A program made the position numbers and the translations under genes. From Trypethelium eluteriae (taxonomy: Eukaryota): a stretch of 29,049 nt of DNA. The stretch is from positions 62,001 through 91,049 of the forward strand of contig JAVECL010000028.1 in NCBI GenBank assembly GCA_051942245.1, written 5' to 3'. Under the pieces are notes generated by a model that was not told the DNA's origin, did not search any database, and saw nothing but the letters and a program-made list of their open reading frames with translations. This document shows positions 1-12,710 of this stretch, in pieces; positions within the stretch are counted from its first letter, which is position 1, and every line of letters starts with the position of its first letter.

Positions 1-640
1 CGTGGATACTACGTATTCTTCGTTGCGGGAAATATGCATCAAGTCCGCACGCCTCAGCATCCAATCTCAATCATATCTATTGAACTCCGGTCTTGGTCCT
101 TCTTCAAGACTGAATTGCGCTGGACTTCTTGGAGGTGTGTTTATGGCAAGCATTGTGCTTCTCATGGACCTGTGTGTAAACAGGTCACCTCAACGTGAAG
201 ACCAACGAGGAGAGATCGTCGAGGCTTTTCGTATCCTTGAAGAAGCCAAACAAGAGTCTGAAACTACTTCTAAGTTTGTAGATTCGTTGATGTTTATCCT
301 ACGAAAGCATAAGGTCACCCCACCGAAATGTACTCTAGCTCAGCAGTTCCTGGTTGAAAGTGGTAAGAGGCAGCTTGGTGCAACACCTAGCGATGGTAAT
401 GACACTTCTACCTCACAAGCATATGGTGCAGTTACCAAAGACCTGCCCTATGGCGCATCCTCCGGAGCGTGTAAGATGGACGAAATAGGTTCTACCAATA
501 TCTCAGTCAATGAGTTTTCGGGCGGAGATGAAATGTCGTCGTATTTTGACGAGTTGGCTCAAAGCCTCGAACACGGGGACGATCTCGGTAACTTCGACTG
601 GAACAATATCTTTTCTGGTCTAGACTCCTCTCTCATCTAG
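1..640 (+). CDS. 3' part of a probable fungal Zn2Cys6-type transcription factor (end of regulatory domain plus acidic activation tail); 5' end lies outside the window
   Basis: Frame is open from the window edge to TAG at 638-640. 'YSSLREICIKSARLSI' followed by the hydrophobic helix 'VFMASIVLLMDLC' resembles the end of the fungal TF middle-homology region. The C-terminus is acidic/aromatic (DDLGNFDWNNIFSGLD). The DNA-binding domain is not visible. Confidence 0.65.
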   Translation, partial: VDTTYSSLREICIKSARLSIQSQSYLLNSGLGPSSRLNCAGLLGGVFMASIVLLMDLCVNRSPQREDQRGEIVEAFRILEEAKQESETTSKFVDSLMFILRKHKVTPPKCTLAQQFLVESGKRQLGATPSDGNDTSTSQAYGAVTKDLPYGASSGACKMDEIGSTNISVNEFSGGDEMSSYFDELAQSLEHGDDLGNFDWNNIFSGLDSSLI

Positions 641-1378
641 TACAAGATCACAAATTCGATTCAAATCTGACCTTACGCTAAGTTGATATTTTACATGGAA
701 GTGAGACAAGCAAGTAAATGTTCAGATTCAACCAAGTCCTATACATTTTTGAGCCATTGCGGGACCCCTCAGATATTCCCTATTGAGCAACACGCACGTC
801 TTAGGCCCCAATCATCATAATTCAAGGGCATAGGAAAGAGGGATACAGGATATAAAGAAGAAAAGTAAAAGCAAAGATGAAGAATACAGAAGTTGAGCAT
901 ACCTCCGAGATCTTGGATAAGTTGCTCCACGTTTGAACAAGAGGTACGAAAGAGGCAGTCGTTCTGACGGTCATCTGGGCATCTTATGAATAAGTAAAGA
1001 TACCAAATATTGCATTAAGTCCCTGCGGCCCATTGATAACATGATACGGCCTAGAAACAATAGCGTATTCAGCAATTTACTAATCACTTTAAGTACCGAA
1101 GAATAAGGTATTCAAGAGTATAGATCCCTTATTCGGGAAAAAGGAGAGATCAAATCTTATTTCATGACAGAGTCAACTGAACTTTGATAGGGCATTTAGA
1201 TTGATTGGTAGAACCCTGGCAAAAGTTTGGGCAAACTATCAACAAGGTATGTGCGTGATACTCGATCTAGCCATAGCTGAGGAACATGTTCGACTAGGAT
1301 ATAGCAGATATAGGAAGATAATGAAGATGAGAAATGCTATTGCATACACATTATTTGTCCTAAGCTATAGTCCCCAGT

Positions 1379-3218
1379 CTAATACAGCGCGCGACACTCC
1401 CAACTTTCTGCATCATCTTCGTTCCCGAGTCCAACGTATCGCGCCTGAGTGGGAAATGGACATAATGGTCTCTGTCTAATGACAGGAGCCTCAACACTAT
1501 CATTAGCAAACTTCGTTGCAATAATACTGTCCGGTGCTCTGTCTTCTTCTGTCCAAGCCATCAACGCCAACAAGATATCATGCTTCGGGTCACTAAATCC
1601 AGGTACTGAATAGACGCTACTTCCAAGCTCAAAGGGCTGATTAGCTCCTGCAAAGTACCACGGCGCATCGTTAACACTGTTTGCGCAATGCTGCATCCCA
1701 GGGACAAGGAAGAAGCGATACCAATCATCGAGATTCATCCCCTTTGCAATCATGGTCTTCAGTACTTGCTTGTAAAAGTAAATGCTACTTCCAGTGGCAA
1801 TGAGGCCGTCACTCAACCCATGATAGTGCAAAAGCTTGCCCCCTCTCTTGTAAAACGGCGTCAAATCAAAGTCATCAGCATTCGCCATGCCGGGGTTGAT
1901 CTGATCGGCGAGCTGAACGGTGCTATATGAGAAATTGTTGTAGTTCCAATTGGGATCTGATAGCAAAAAGTTCGCGACCCAGCTCGTACCGAGCGAGTTT
2001 GGAGAATTTGTCACAGAAGTGTCGAGAAGGACTGACCACTGCGCTTCTGAGCCAAGAGCCAAGTGAGGGAAAACGAAGGTCTGGTTTGTTTCGACCCAGT
2101 CATTGTAGATATGATACAGGGTGTCGATCTGTGGTCCGGTTAAGCAAGCCGAGGAGTTGGCATCATAAGGAGGTGAATAAGGAGCCGTTGCGTTTGCCGG
2201 GGGCGGGCTCTGATCACAAAGCAAAGTCTCAGGGTAGAAGTCGCAGCCATATGGATCTGATATAATTCCATCGGCGAGGCCGTCTTGAGCATCACATTGA
2301 CGGAAGACTTCTGCTGAGATCACAGGGAAAAGTGAGGCGGGGATGTGGTTTGCACCATTATTAGGTAGGTTGTACAGACCAACCTTTACAGTCCAAGTCT
2401 GTAAATGGGTGGTCCACCAAGCTGGAGCACCAGCTAACACGCCGTCAAAATCTTCGGGAAACATCTGGACTTCTTTCAGTCCTTGACGACCGCCAGTGGA
2501 GCAACCGGAATAGTATGAGTAGGAGATAGATTTGCCATAATAGCTTTTCGTGAGCTCCTTGGCAAGGGAAACTGAGCCGTGCATGGCACGATAACCCCAG
2601 TCGGCCTGGCTTTGAGGATCGTTCAATGCCCAAGAGCCGTCGCCTGTTGAAGAGATATGGCCTGTATCGGTCGACATGGATGCAAAGCCGTAATGGGAAT
2701 TGGTTCCCATATCATTCCAGTTGATTCCGCCTCTGTAACACCAGTTAATTCTTTCCTGAGCTTGGAAAAGGGATAGAAATTCCGAGAGGAGAGGGAATGC
2801 AAGGAAACAAGGTTGAAACCATCTAAGGATGGCATGGAGCGATCTAACTTCGTGATCGAAAATTGACATACCCAAATCCGCCATTTCCAGAGGATATAAA
2901 GCGGCCGTTCCAATCCGTAGCTTGTGGAAGAAAGAGGCCAAAGTTGAAGGAAGAATTCTCCGATGATGGCACGTTAACTGTCACAGCACATAAAGCTGGC
3001 AACTTAGTATCGTTGGTTGGAAACTCTAGATCTGCGGGACCTCCGCCAAATGTCCCATTAGCTGGGACTGGAGTAACTTCAATTATTGTCGCGTTAGAAC
3101 CTCCCGGGAGAAGTTGTGACAGAGATGACTTTGAGCACGTGTTCGAAGTCTCCGCCAGTATCACAGGGACACCAATTGATATATAGGAAATGCAAGCATG
3201 CACGAACTGTCGATACAT
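1379..3218 (-). CDS. Secreted tannase/feruloyl esterase family protein; exons 3218-2872 and 2732-1379
   Basis: Signal-peptide-like N-terminus. 'WNGRF..SGNGGFG|GGIN' is rebuilt across a 139-nt intron (GTATGT at 2871, TTAAC branch, CAG at 2735-2733). Contains nucleophile motif GCSTGGRQG, FDGVLAGAP, HGLSDGLI, PGMQHC and RPLCPFP (CS-D-HC signature of this family). Confidence 0.95.
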
Positions 3219-4965
3219 CTTTTCTCCTCCACAGTCCTTGGGTGATATGAGAGTTTGAGGACACCAGCTAGATTAAGAATATCGACGTAGGCGAACCAAT
3301 AGTAAGACAAGAACACAGATGGCTGTCAAATTAGCAGAGATGGATAACTCACTGCAGGAGCCGATAGTCCAAACTTCTGGCTATATACTCCAATTTCAAC
3401 TCATGCTGCTGTGTCCAACTTGATGTCATTGCACTAAAAGGGTGCGACTCATACCCTGGCGACCGTCTGGACATTTCGGCTATTAGAGACGGGTTCTCAT
3501 CTTCTTCATTTCTATCATTGCCGTGGGTAATAGGCTAGCTTCACTTCTTGGGGTGCTGCATACTGTACCACAAGGAATTGCGGGGAAGACCCGAGTATCA
3601 ACCGTGCTAGGGTGTCAAGCTTTGAAAGATCCTGGAACGATCTGAAGGTACAATAATTACTCCGAAGGTGTTTGCGGAAGCGGAAGTCGGCCAAGTACCT
3701 GTACATTGGTACTCTGGAAGCAATTTTCGCCTCCGCTTGGTTGGAGCTTCAACTACCTATAGGTACCTTACGGAGTACTCCATAGAGAACGTCAGAAATA
3801 TTGAAGGGTTTCGAAATATTCATCCTACGCTAGCCAGCAGCACCCTGTCAGCTAAGAGTGGCAATCACTAACCTTACTAATGATGGAGCTTCTGCTACGT
3901 GATATCAAATCAGGAGTTGACGGGAGTGAGAGGTTTCCTTCTCGAACTTCTCCTGGTTTAGGATTCTGGCAGATTGAAATTCGGCTTTCCATTACTCTAT
4001 ATGCACGACACTCACACTTACAAGAGAGGTGCTGCCTTAACAGCCTACAACCGCCAATTTTTATGCATTATTGCCTGTGAACCAATGTGCTCCTGGAATG
4101 ATTTATCCAAGCTGTCCATAGGAAATACGTACGCTTCTGTAGTCAAGTCTTGCTTACTCTCTTTTCACGATGTTCAAGCCCGTGTGCGGTACACGCCTTG
4201 TGAAGATTAAAACGAAGCTACGAAATGACTTGAACGCCGATCAATCACCAACCCGCATGCTTCCTCACATTTCTTTGACCTAGGATCTACACATAGGTAC
4301 AGCAATGCAGTGGTGGCGTGCCCAGAGCCACCCAGCAGGAAGAATGCGGAAGGAATTTTACCAATGCCTTGCCTTGGAGAATTGAAGTTCATCGCACATA
4401 ATATGTCTTCCGTGGTAGTGCAGCATGGAGGCATAGAAAGGTTATGCATGTACGCTAATCCGAACCTCTGTTGACAGACTGGATCTGTTTGGCTGGTACC
4501 TAGCTCCCATGGAATGGTCCAGATTTCGTTGCAATGGGAACACGAATCTGCGTCAGTTGCTGCACTGATTGTCAAGATGGCTTCCGTTATTATAGAAGGA
4601 ATGCAAAAAGGTATTAGGTGTGAAGTGATTCCGAAGATATGTTTTCCCAAGAGAGATACACTTTTCTTATAGCGACGTCTGACGGACTACAGATATAACA
4701 TCTAAGAGACTATAACATGCCGAGTCTCCCATCGAACTGCCTTAATGCATGCAAGATTTTTGTCCAGTTCACAAATATTCGACTGAGTATCTTACAACAT
4801 CTTAACTTTTTTCACGTGGACCAAAGCGAAGCCCGCGGCTAATTTCGCCCATTAGTCCAATCATGTAGGTACCCGGAGCAAATGCGGCACTCTTGTTTTC
4901 CTCAACACCGAAGGAATTCCTAGACGCCGACATAATATAATCGCATACAGCTGTTTAATGTGTCT

Positions 4966-5429
4966 TCAAATGGTTCCCAACGATTCGCTGACGCCTTTGG
5001 GTAGCGGGCCGGCAGTATTTTGAGGGGGATATTCTCCTGCGTAATAGTAAAATGCTCGTCGTGTAATTTCTGAAACATGTTCTGGGAGGTAGAGAGATGC
5101 GGCGATGAGGATCATGGAGAGAATTAAGAACAGGAGGGAATCTAAAATGTAAAAAGCAAATAGTTAGGAATTGCACAATTCTAATAGAGAAGCTCGTACG
5201 AGAGATAGATGAAGGAAAACCCATTACAGGCTCACTTACTGAAAATAAATTTCTCCGTAGGCGTGAGCATATACAATGAGAAGGTAACTTCATATTGATA
5301 ATGCTTGCGCTGGAGCCAATGGAGGGATTGAGTAGGTTGTAGCATGATGGGAACCAGAAGAATAAGAACGACCGCTGCTGCCAGGGAAGAGAAAGCAACA
5401 GATGCAGAGGGTAGAAATCCAAGGTCCAT
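4966..5429 (-). CDS. Serine palmitoyltransferase small-subunit-like protein (DUF3317 type); exons 5429-5240 and 5141-4966
   Basis: Exon 1 encodes WLQRKHYQYEVTFSLYMLTPTEKFIF. A 98-nt intron (GTAAGT...CTAAC...TAG, 5239-5142) joins it to NSLLFLILSMILIAASLYLPEHVSEITRRAFYYYAG...LGTI*. This matches the family pattern YQYEVT-x-x-L-Y-M-L...EK-x-IFN...YLPxH. Confidence 0.85.
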
Positions 5430-5657
5430 CTTGAGACAAAGGGGAACGGTTATGTTGGGAGTCAGGTTCAGAAGGGAGAGCAGCAGGTCAGAGCAAGGTC
5501 AAGAGTGTGAAGATTGTGAGGATCCGGACGTCGTGTCAACATAGCCCACAAGTCGCGATCGTTCGCGAGCTTGATTTTTGGAACAGTAACAACTCCAAAG
5601 GGCGTAGCTGTGAGAAAGACCATCGATGAAGGGAGGACGAAAGCTCCCGGACAATTT

Positions 5658-5669
5658 CCGACGCGTCGG
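5658..5669. promoter_or_regulatory. Perfect 12-bp palindrome CCGACGCGTCGG (MCB core ACGCGT inside CCG-N6-CGG) in the bidirectional promoter
   Basis: Seen directly in the 460-bp gap between the divergent ATGs at 5429 and 5890. Function is inferred. Confidence 0.4.
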
Positions 5670-5786
5670 GCAGCCACCCACCGACTCCGAAGCTGCCAAA
5701 GCACATGCAAACAAGGCCAAACATGGCGATCATCCTTAGGCTATTACGAGGTAGGTACCTAAGGCAATGAACCCTGCCCGCACATG

Positions 5787-5792
5787 CCTCGG
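5787..5792 (+). promoter_or_regulatory. CCTCGG, candidate FarA/FarB (CTF1-type) fatty-acid response site upstream of PEX1
   Basis: Exact hexamer ~100 bp upstream of the PEX1 ATG. This motif is known from promoters of peroxisomal and beta-oxidation genes in Aspergillus, but a 6-mer can occur by chance. Confidence 0.45.
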
Positions 5793-5889
5793 CCCAGCAA
5801 GCAACCTCCAAAATAAACACTTGATAATCTATGGTGAGCGGCGAAACATTTACCATGAGGTTTGAACATTGATCTTATATGCCTGTGCT

Positions 5890-8800
5890 ATGGCAGCTCC
5901 ATCGAAGCGAGGTCCATCACTACAGGCTGAAGCAGCTCTTGTTCATCAATTGAAAAATTGTCTGGTGAACCTTCCTCCGTCCTTGGTAGCTGTGTTGATT
6001 TATGCAAATACTGTTTGTCCCCTTGTCCAGTATGGTCTTCGCTCTCTTTAACCAATTATTCTTCCTTCTCAGCTCCCGCAAAACGTCGTTGTCGAACTCA
6101 ATTTTCGGCAAAACACTCCTCGAACAACCGGTAATGATGTCGCTTCTCAGCGAAAGTCGGTGTTCTTGGGCTGGACTGGTATGCAGACGACATCGAAGCT
6201 GGCATCAGTAGTCGGAAAGGATGGTATTGCGGGTAGTCGAGGGCCTTCTCGGGAAGATGAGATCAACATCGTCGAACTTGACGCAACATTCGCCCGGCTA
6301 CTGGGCATAAGCCAGGGCCAGAAGGTGTTTTCGGGGCTACTCTTATATAGTCGATGCCCCAGAGCTAATTATGATTGGTAGGTTAATATCAATTTGCATG
6401 TCGATCCTCCTGAAGCACATACCGTTCACATAGAGCCGCTGACGCCGTCAGACTGGGAGAGTAGGTAAGATATTGGCTGCGATACGTCCTCTTATGCTAA
6501 TTAAGAAGTTATCGAGCTACATGCCAATTTCTTAGAAGTCAACTTCGTCTCTCAAATCCGAGTCTTACCGAGCCCATCCGCCTCTGGACAGCCTAGCCAT
6601 CCACTAACCCTTCACCTGTCGCCCACATCTACCGCCAATGTAATCGTTACTTCTCTTAGTCCTCCACTACCTTCCACAGCAACCTTCGCCAAAATATCTG
6701 GAGACAATGCCGAGGTTATTGTGGCTCCAAAAGCTCGTCAAAAGACACCACGAAGTTCGGGAAGAGAGAGCAAAAGCGTGGCCAGCGCCGGCCGGAAGAG
6801 CACAGGAGGCAAAAGTGGTACAAGCACCGTTCGACACGCAAGTGTCCGGACGGACACGCAGATCAGGGATCCTATCTTCTTCCGTGGACTGGATTATGAA
6901 GTCATTGCGGACAGATTTGATGAGCAACAAGACTCGAAGAACGAGGGACTTCAGGTTTGGGTTGATTCTGACGCACTTCTCTCCAAGGCGTTGCGAGGAG
7001 TTCGTTGGGTTGCGGTCTCTATTGTCAGACCCGGTGGCCTACAAGAGCCTCGCGAAATGCAAAGTAGTGGACAAGCCTCCAAAGAATTGGAACCCAGTCC
7101 AAGGATAGTGGCAAAATTGCAGGCTTGGGAGAACGCGCCGGACAGTCGCCATGCAGCTCTTTCATCCCAATTGTGCGCCATTCTACACTCGAAGAATCTT
7201 GTGGGAGAGCTTATCAGGATTGAGGCTGCTCCAACACAAGTCCATAAGCTGCACATGACGCCATCTTCAGAGGCAAAAGATTACTCTCCCCGAAAACTTA
7301 AGATCTTTCCCTTTTCAACTGCAACAGCCGCCAATGGTAGCGGTCTTCATTTTGGTGGCGATACCAATGCTGAGAAGGAAGAAGCTACTAAAAGATTAGG
7401 TGCTCTTTTCGTAGGTGCGGAGGATGGAAATGGTCTACTATGGGGACCCGTGACAGACGGTATGATCCTCCCACCTGTAGATTCTGAAGCAGACGGGACT
7501 CTTTGGTCAGGGGGTCTCCTTCGATTCGATCCACCCCCGATGACAGGCAAGGATGGACGTCAGGTTTCTCTCAGCTGGTATTCTGGATCTGAGAAGAAGC
7601 TTACAATGGAGTTGCAGCCTCCCATCCCCAAGCCAAGCATTTTCAACGACGACTCTTTCTCCGGGGAGGCTCTTCCAAAGGACTCTCCAGAATTGGTTGG
7701 CATTGAAATAGCCAGACAAGACACAGCAAGGAATCTCATTCATTTCTCTTCCGTTCTGGTCACTGGCGGGCTTGGGTCTGGTAAGACTTCTTTAGCTCAG
7801 CTGATCAGCCATTATCTTCGACGCCAATTCCTTTATCATGTGACATACTTTCACTGCAGAACATTGATCACAGATGAAATCCGGATATCAACAATCAAGG
7901 AAACGCTCAGCCGCATCTTTGCGAGGGCAGCATGGGGAGCTCGGCTTGGTGGTCGTGCTCTGGTTGTTCTGGATGACCTCGACAGACTATGTCCGACAGA
8001 GACAGAGCTTCAAGTAGGGGGAAACAACGAAAGAAGTCGTCAAATTAGCGAGATTTTGTGTGCCATCGCTCGCCAGTACAGCTCTTTTGACTCTCCAGTC
8101 ATCCTTCTTGCTACAGCACAGAGCAAGGAAGCGTTGAACAGTATCGTTATTGGTGGACATGTGATTCGAGAAATTATCAACCTCTCAGTGCCCAACAAAG
8201 AGACTCGTAGGGAAGTGCTAGAAGCACTCACATATCGGTCTAACAACGACAAAAGCGGACTCGCTGCAGTCAGCACTTCACGCTTCACAGATCAAGGTAG
8301 AGTGAAAGGTGTTTTCATGGGCGCACAAAACTCAGACAGTCGTCCAAACTCTGCTGGAGAAGATGACACTTTCGTCATCAGTCCCCAAATCGACTTCTTA
8401 GATATTGCCGGTCGAACCGACGGCTACATGCCAGGCGACCTTTCACTCCTTGTCTCCCGGGCACGTAGCGAGGCTCTAATACGCGCCATCAACGGTTCTA
8501 CAACCGGCAAAGTCGAACTCTCATCCGAAGACTTTGTATCTGCTCTACGCGGTTTCACTCCTGCATCTCTTCGTACTGTATCTCTTCAAACCTCATCGAC
8601 CTCATTCTCCTCTATTGGCGGATTGAAATATACTCGTCAAATTTTGCTAGAGACGTTACAATATCCGACTACCTACGCGCCTATCTTTGCCAATTGTCCT
8701 CTACGTTTACGATCCGGCTTACTTTTATATGGATACCCCGGCTGTGGGAAGACACTTCTAGCCTCTGCCGTAGCTGGTGAATGCGGTCTCAATTTCATCA

Positions 8801-9807
8801 GCGTGAAGGGTCCTGAAATATTGAACAAATACATTGGCGCCAGCGAAAAGAGCGTAAGAGACCTCTTTGAGCGCGCTCAGGCTGCAAGGCCATGTGTCCT
8901 CTTCTTTGATGAGTTTGACAGTGTAGCACCTAAGCGAGGACACGATAGCACAGGTGTCACAGACCGAGTAGTGAACCAACTACTAACGCAGATGGATGGA
9001 GCGGAGGGATTGACTGGCGTATACGTTTTGGCAGCGACGAGTCGGCCAGACCTAATTGATCCAGCTCTTTTGAGGCCGGGACGATTAGACAAGAGCTTGA
9101 TCTGCGATTTGCCAAATATTGAGGACAGAGTTGACATTTTGCGGACCGTTTGCGGAAAGCTCAAAATTGACGATTCCGTATTGGAGGATGGAGAAGGAGG
9201 GCATAATGTCCTTGAAATCGCTAAACGTACTGAAGGTTACTCCGGTGCTGACCTGCAAGCCGTCATTTACAACGCTCATCTTGAGGCCATTCACGATATT
9301 CTCCGGGTTGACGCGAACGGTCAGACCGATTATCTAAGTGGACCTCAGAGCAAAGACCCAAAATCAAGCAACCATATTCGAGCTCCACGAAAGACACCGG
9401 ATTTCATCCATTTCCGCTTTGGCGATCAATCATCGTCTGTTACAACAAATAATGGCGTGGAAGAGACATTCAATAGAGACCTAACAGAGCGCTCCAGGAT
9501 TGCCGAGCAGCTTGCGAGTCTTCAGCTGCAACGTAGAAGACAAAAGGAGCTCACTCGCGCCTCACGACATTTTACCAAAACGCATGAGGTCGAGCGAGAA
9601 GAAGGCGAAGAAGAAGATAAAGAGACCGAGCCGGTGATCTCGTGGCCTCATCTAGAATCCTCTCTGCAGGCTACACAACCCAGTATTAGCCCAGAAGAGC
9701 GAATGCGATTGGCGCGAATTTATCGGGAGTTCGTAGTAGGTAGGAATGGAGAAATGCCGAGTGGGCAAGGTGGGAGCGAAATTGGGGGAAGAACGAGTTT
9801 AATGTAA
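5890..9807 (+). CDS. PEX1: Peroxisomal AAA ATPase Pex1; exons 5890-6012, 6073-6324, 6382-6460, 6509-9807
   Basis: Spliced N-domain reads LKNCLVNLP...QNVVVEL...FLGWTG...IEPLTPSDWEIIELHA. D1 has Walker A GGLGSGKT and Walker B LDDLD. D2 has LRLRSGLLLYGYPGCGKT, FFDEFDSVAPKRGHDSTGVTDRVVNQ and DPALLRPGRLD. The C-terminus is Pex1-typical (GGRTSLM). Three GT-AG introns keep the frame. Confidence 0.97.
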
Positions 9808-10097
9808 ACTTACTAGGAGATGATAAATATTCATTTTCGCATCTATTGCCGCGCTTCAGAATTGATAGTATTTTATAAATTCCAACCTTGATCAGAACTT
9901 GGTCACATCAAACGTAGCAAGAGCGATTTATTTCGTATTCCAGCCCCTTCGTGTGACGGTTTCCCCACACTGCCCCATTCCAAGGGTAACCTGAACGCTA
10001 GGTACGCTGTAGCGAACCCTGCCGAGCATGCGAGCTCCACCGTAATACCTAACCATGCCCCTCGCCAATCGCTCAAAGTCCAGATTTTTATAACGAA

Positions 10098-10125
10098 AAG
10101 CTCCAAGCTCCAAGCTCCAAGCTCC
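10098..10125 (+). repeat. Short tandem repeat (AAGCTCC)x4 just upstream of RIB4
   Basis: aagctcc aagctcc aagctcc aagctcc read directly, ending 33 bp before the ATG at 10158. Confidence 0.85.
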
Positions 10126-10157
10126 GATTCACGTTCATTTATATTAATTCAGTGGTC

Positions 10158-10942
<785 letters not shown>

Positions 10943-11939
10943 AACATGCAAATTATCGGATCAGCCATGAGTTGAGACTCTGACGGTTGCTATCGGAACC
11001 TAATTCATGTGATGAGCTGAGAACGACTGGTCAAAACCCTTGGGAAAAGTATGGCTGCGATTTCACACAAGCATAGCTTCATTCGTTCATCCAGCTGAGC
11101 ACAAGAACGCTGAATAAACTACAGCCATAGAATCGACTTCGGAATTGTACTATGATCCGGAGTCGCATTTGTACTGGAGTTTGAGTTCGGAGCTTGAGGA
11201 GTACTGGTACCCAAGACTTCCGCTTTGGGCAAGAAGTCAAACCGTGTAATGGCTGTACTCTGGCGGATGCTATGCAAGTAGCTTACAAGAGCTCTCAACC
11301 TCCTAATCGAAGTTCAATTCTTCAAATCCTTTCCTCATTGCCGCTCTACTCATCGATACATCATTGCCTTTATGCGGCAAATGTTCATTCATTCGAGGAG
11401 AGATTTCTCTTTCAGTCTTAATGTCTCTACAGACTCTCGTGTAATTGCAATGATTCCGCCGAGCTTTTCCACATTTATCTGGTCGTATCTTGGGCCCCAT
11501 ATACCCACCTTCGATCCTTTGAGTGCGGAGAAGCGTAAGATAGTTACCGCCTTTCGTTCGTGTTGAACTTTCTTCTGATGCTCAAGCAATCGAATTTGTT
11601 CTCTACGTGAGATATATTCGCCACAAAACACTCTCCATAACAGCAGGGCGATTTAGCATGGGATCGGCAATGGAAATGATCACGAGTGTCATAAAAAAGG
11701 CGGACGAGTAGAAACCGAAAGAATTGGATGTAATGAGGGAGAAATTCTTAGTCTGGACTTCCAAATCGAAGGGTATCTATACTATAGTTGCGAGTATACA
11801 TACATGACTATCACCAGAAAAGGAATTCCATAATAATATATCTTACACTTCTCAAGCTGACTTTTGAAGCATATTTCTTGCGTACACCATCCAACAAAAC
11901 CAGAGTCGAAGAATTGCTAGAGCCCCTTACTCAGAGAGC

Positions 11940-12485
11940 TCATGCCTTAAAAGCAATGGATACGTGATCCGCCCTCTTGCGCTCCTTGTTAGAGCTACCT
12001 GAAGAAGAACCAGCGAAGTTGGTAAGAGTACCGCCGGTGATCTGGTTGGCTGGAGTGTTGGTCTCGGCCTTGGAAGCAGCACGCTGGAACTGCACCAATG
12101 ACGAGGGATCGTCGTCGTTCTCACTGGGGTTGATGACGTGGACCATTCCAGCCTGACAGTGCTGAGCCTGAGCGCAGTAGACGGGAATGGGGTTGGTATC
12201 GGCAACGTTGACGGTGAAGCTGGGTTGCTGGCCGTTGGTACCTTGGTTTGCAGGAACGAAGCCGGAGTTGAATTGAAGAGGATTGCCAGGCTGGCAAGCG
12301 GCATTGAAGTCCCCAAAAGTGACCGTATGGTTATTCGTCATATAGGTGAAAGTGACGGTGTCACCTGGTTGGGCCGTGGTCGATTGAGGTTCGAAGGTCA
12401 GCCCATTATCCTGACCGACAGCGACAGCATGGTTGGCTGCGTAGGCAAGGGGAGCAAGAGCAACAAGGGCGACCTTGGAATACAT
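11940..12485 (-). CDS. Secreted cupredoxin-domain protein (fungal extracellular serine-rich protein type)
   Basis: Signal peptide MYSKVALVALAPLAYA, then V-x-VG...LTFEP...AQPGDTVTF...NHTVT...C...FNSGF...YCAQAQHCQAGMV. Type-1 Cu ligand set is H53/C104/H109/M114. Single exon. Confidence 0.9.
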   Translation of the reverse strand: MYSKVALVALAPLAYAANHAVAVGQDNGLTFEPQSTTAQPGDTVTFTYMTNNHTVTFGDFNAACQPGNPLQFNSGFVPANQGTNGQQPSFTVNVADTNPIPVYCAQAQHCQAGMVHVINPSENDDDPSSLVQFQRAASKAETNTPANQITGGTLTNFAGSSSGSSNKERKRADHVSIAFKA

Positions 12486-12702
12486 TCTGATCTGTTCTTA
12501 AGAAGAGATCTTTGTAATTATATTAAAATTTAAGAAAGAATGACAAGTCTGGCTTGTTGAGCTTTGGGCTGATCTACAGCAAGTAAATATCAGATGCTAA
12601 CGAATGAATGAGCCTGCTCAGAAATGAACGAAAGAGGTATTAAGGTCAAGCTGGAAAAGTTGAAGAAGCTGATGATCGTGAAAGAAGCAATGCCAAGCCT
12701 CA

Positions 12703-12710
12703 TTTATATA
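12703..12710 (-). promoter_or_regulatory. Candidate TATA box (TATATAAA) of the cupredoxin gene
   Basis: Minus-strand TATATAAA ~220 bp upstream of the ATG, followed by a pyrimidine-rich leader. Confidence 0.4.

Noticed and set aside
1379..2941. ORF-track N-termini of the 520-aa (1379-2941), 217-aa (14894-15547) and 180-aa (10400-10942) ORFs
   Set aside because: They run through introns or upstream sequence. Spliced models restore the conserved motifs.
4207..4650. 147-aa minus-strand ORF with 10 Cys as a small secreted effector
   Set aside because: Starts at TTG, has no convincing signal peptide or recognisable motif, and no supporting splice structure was found.
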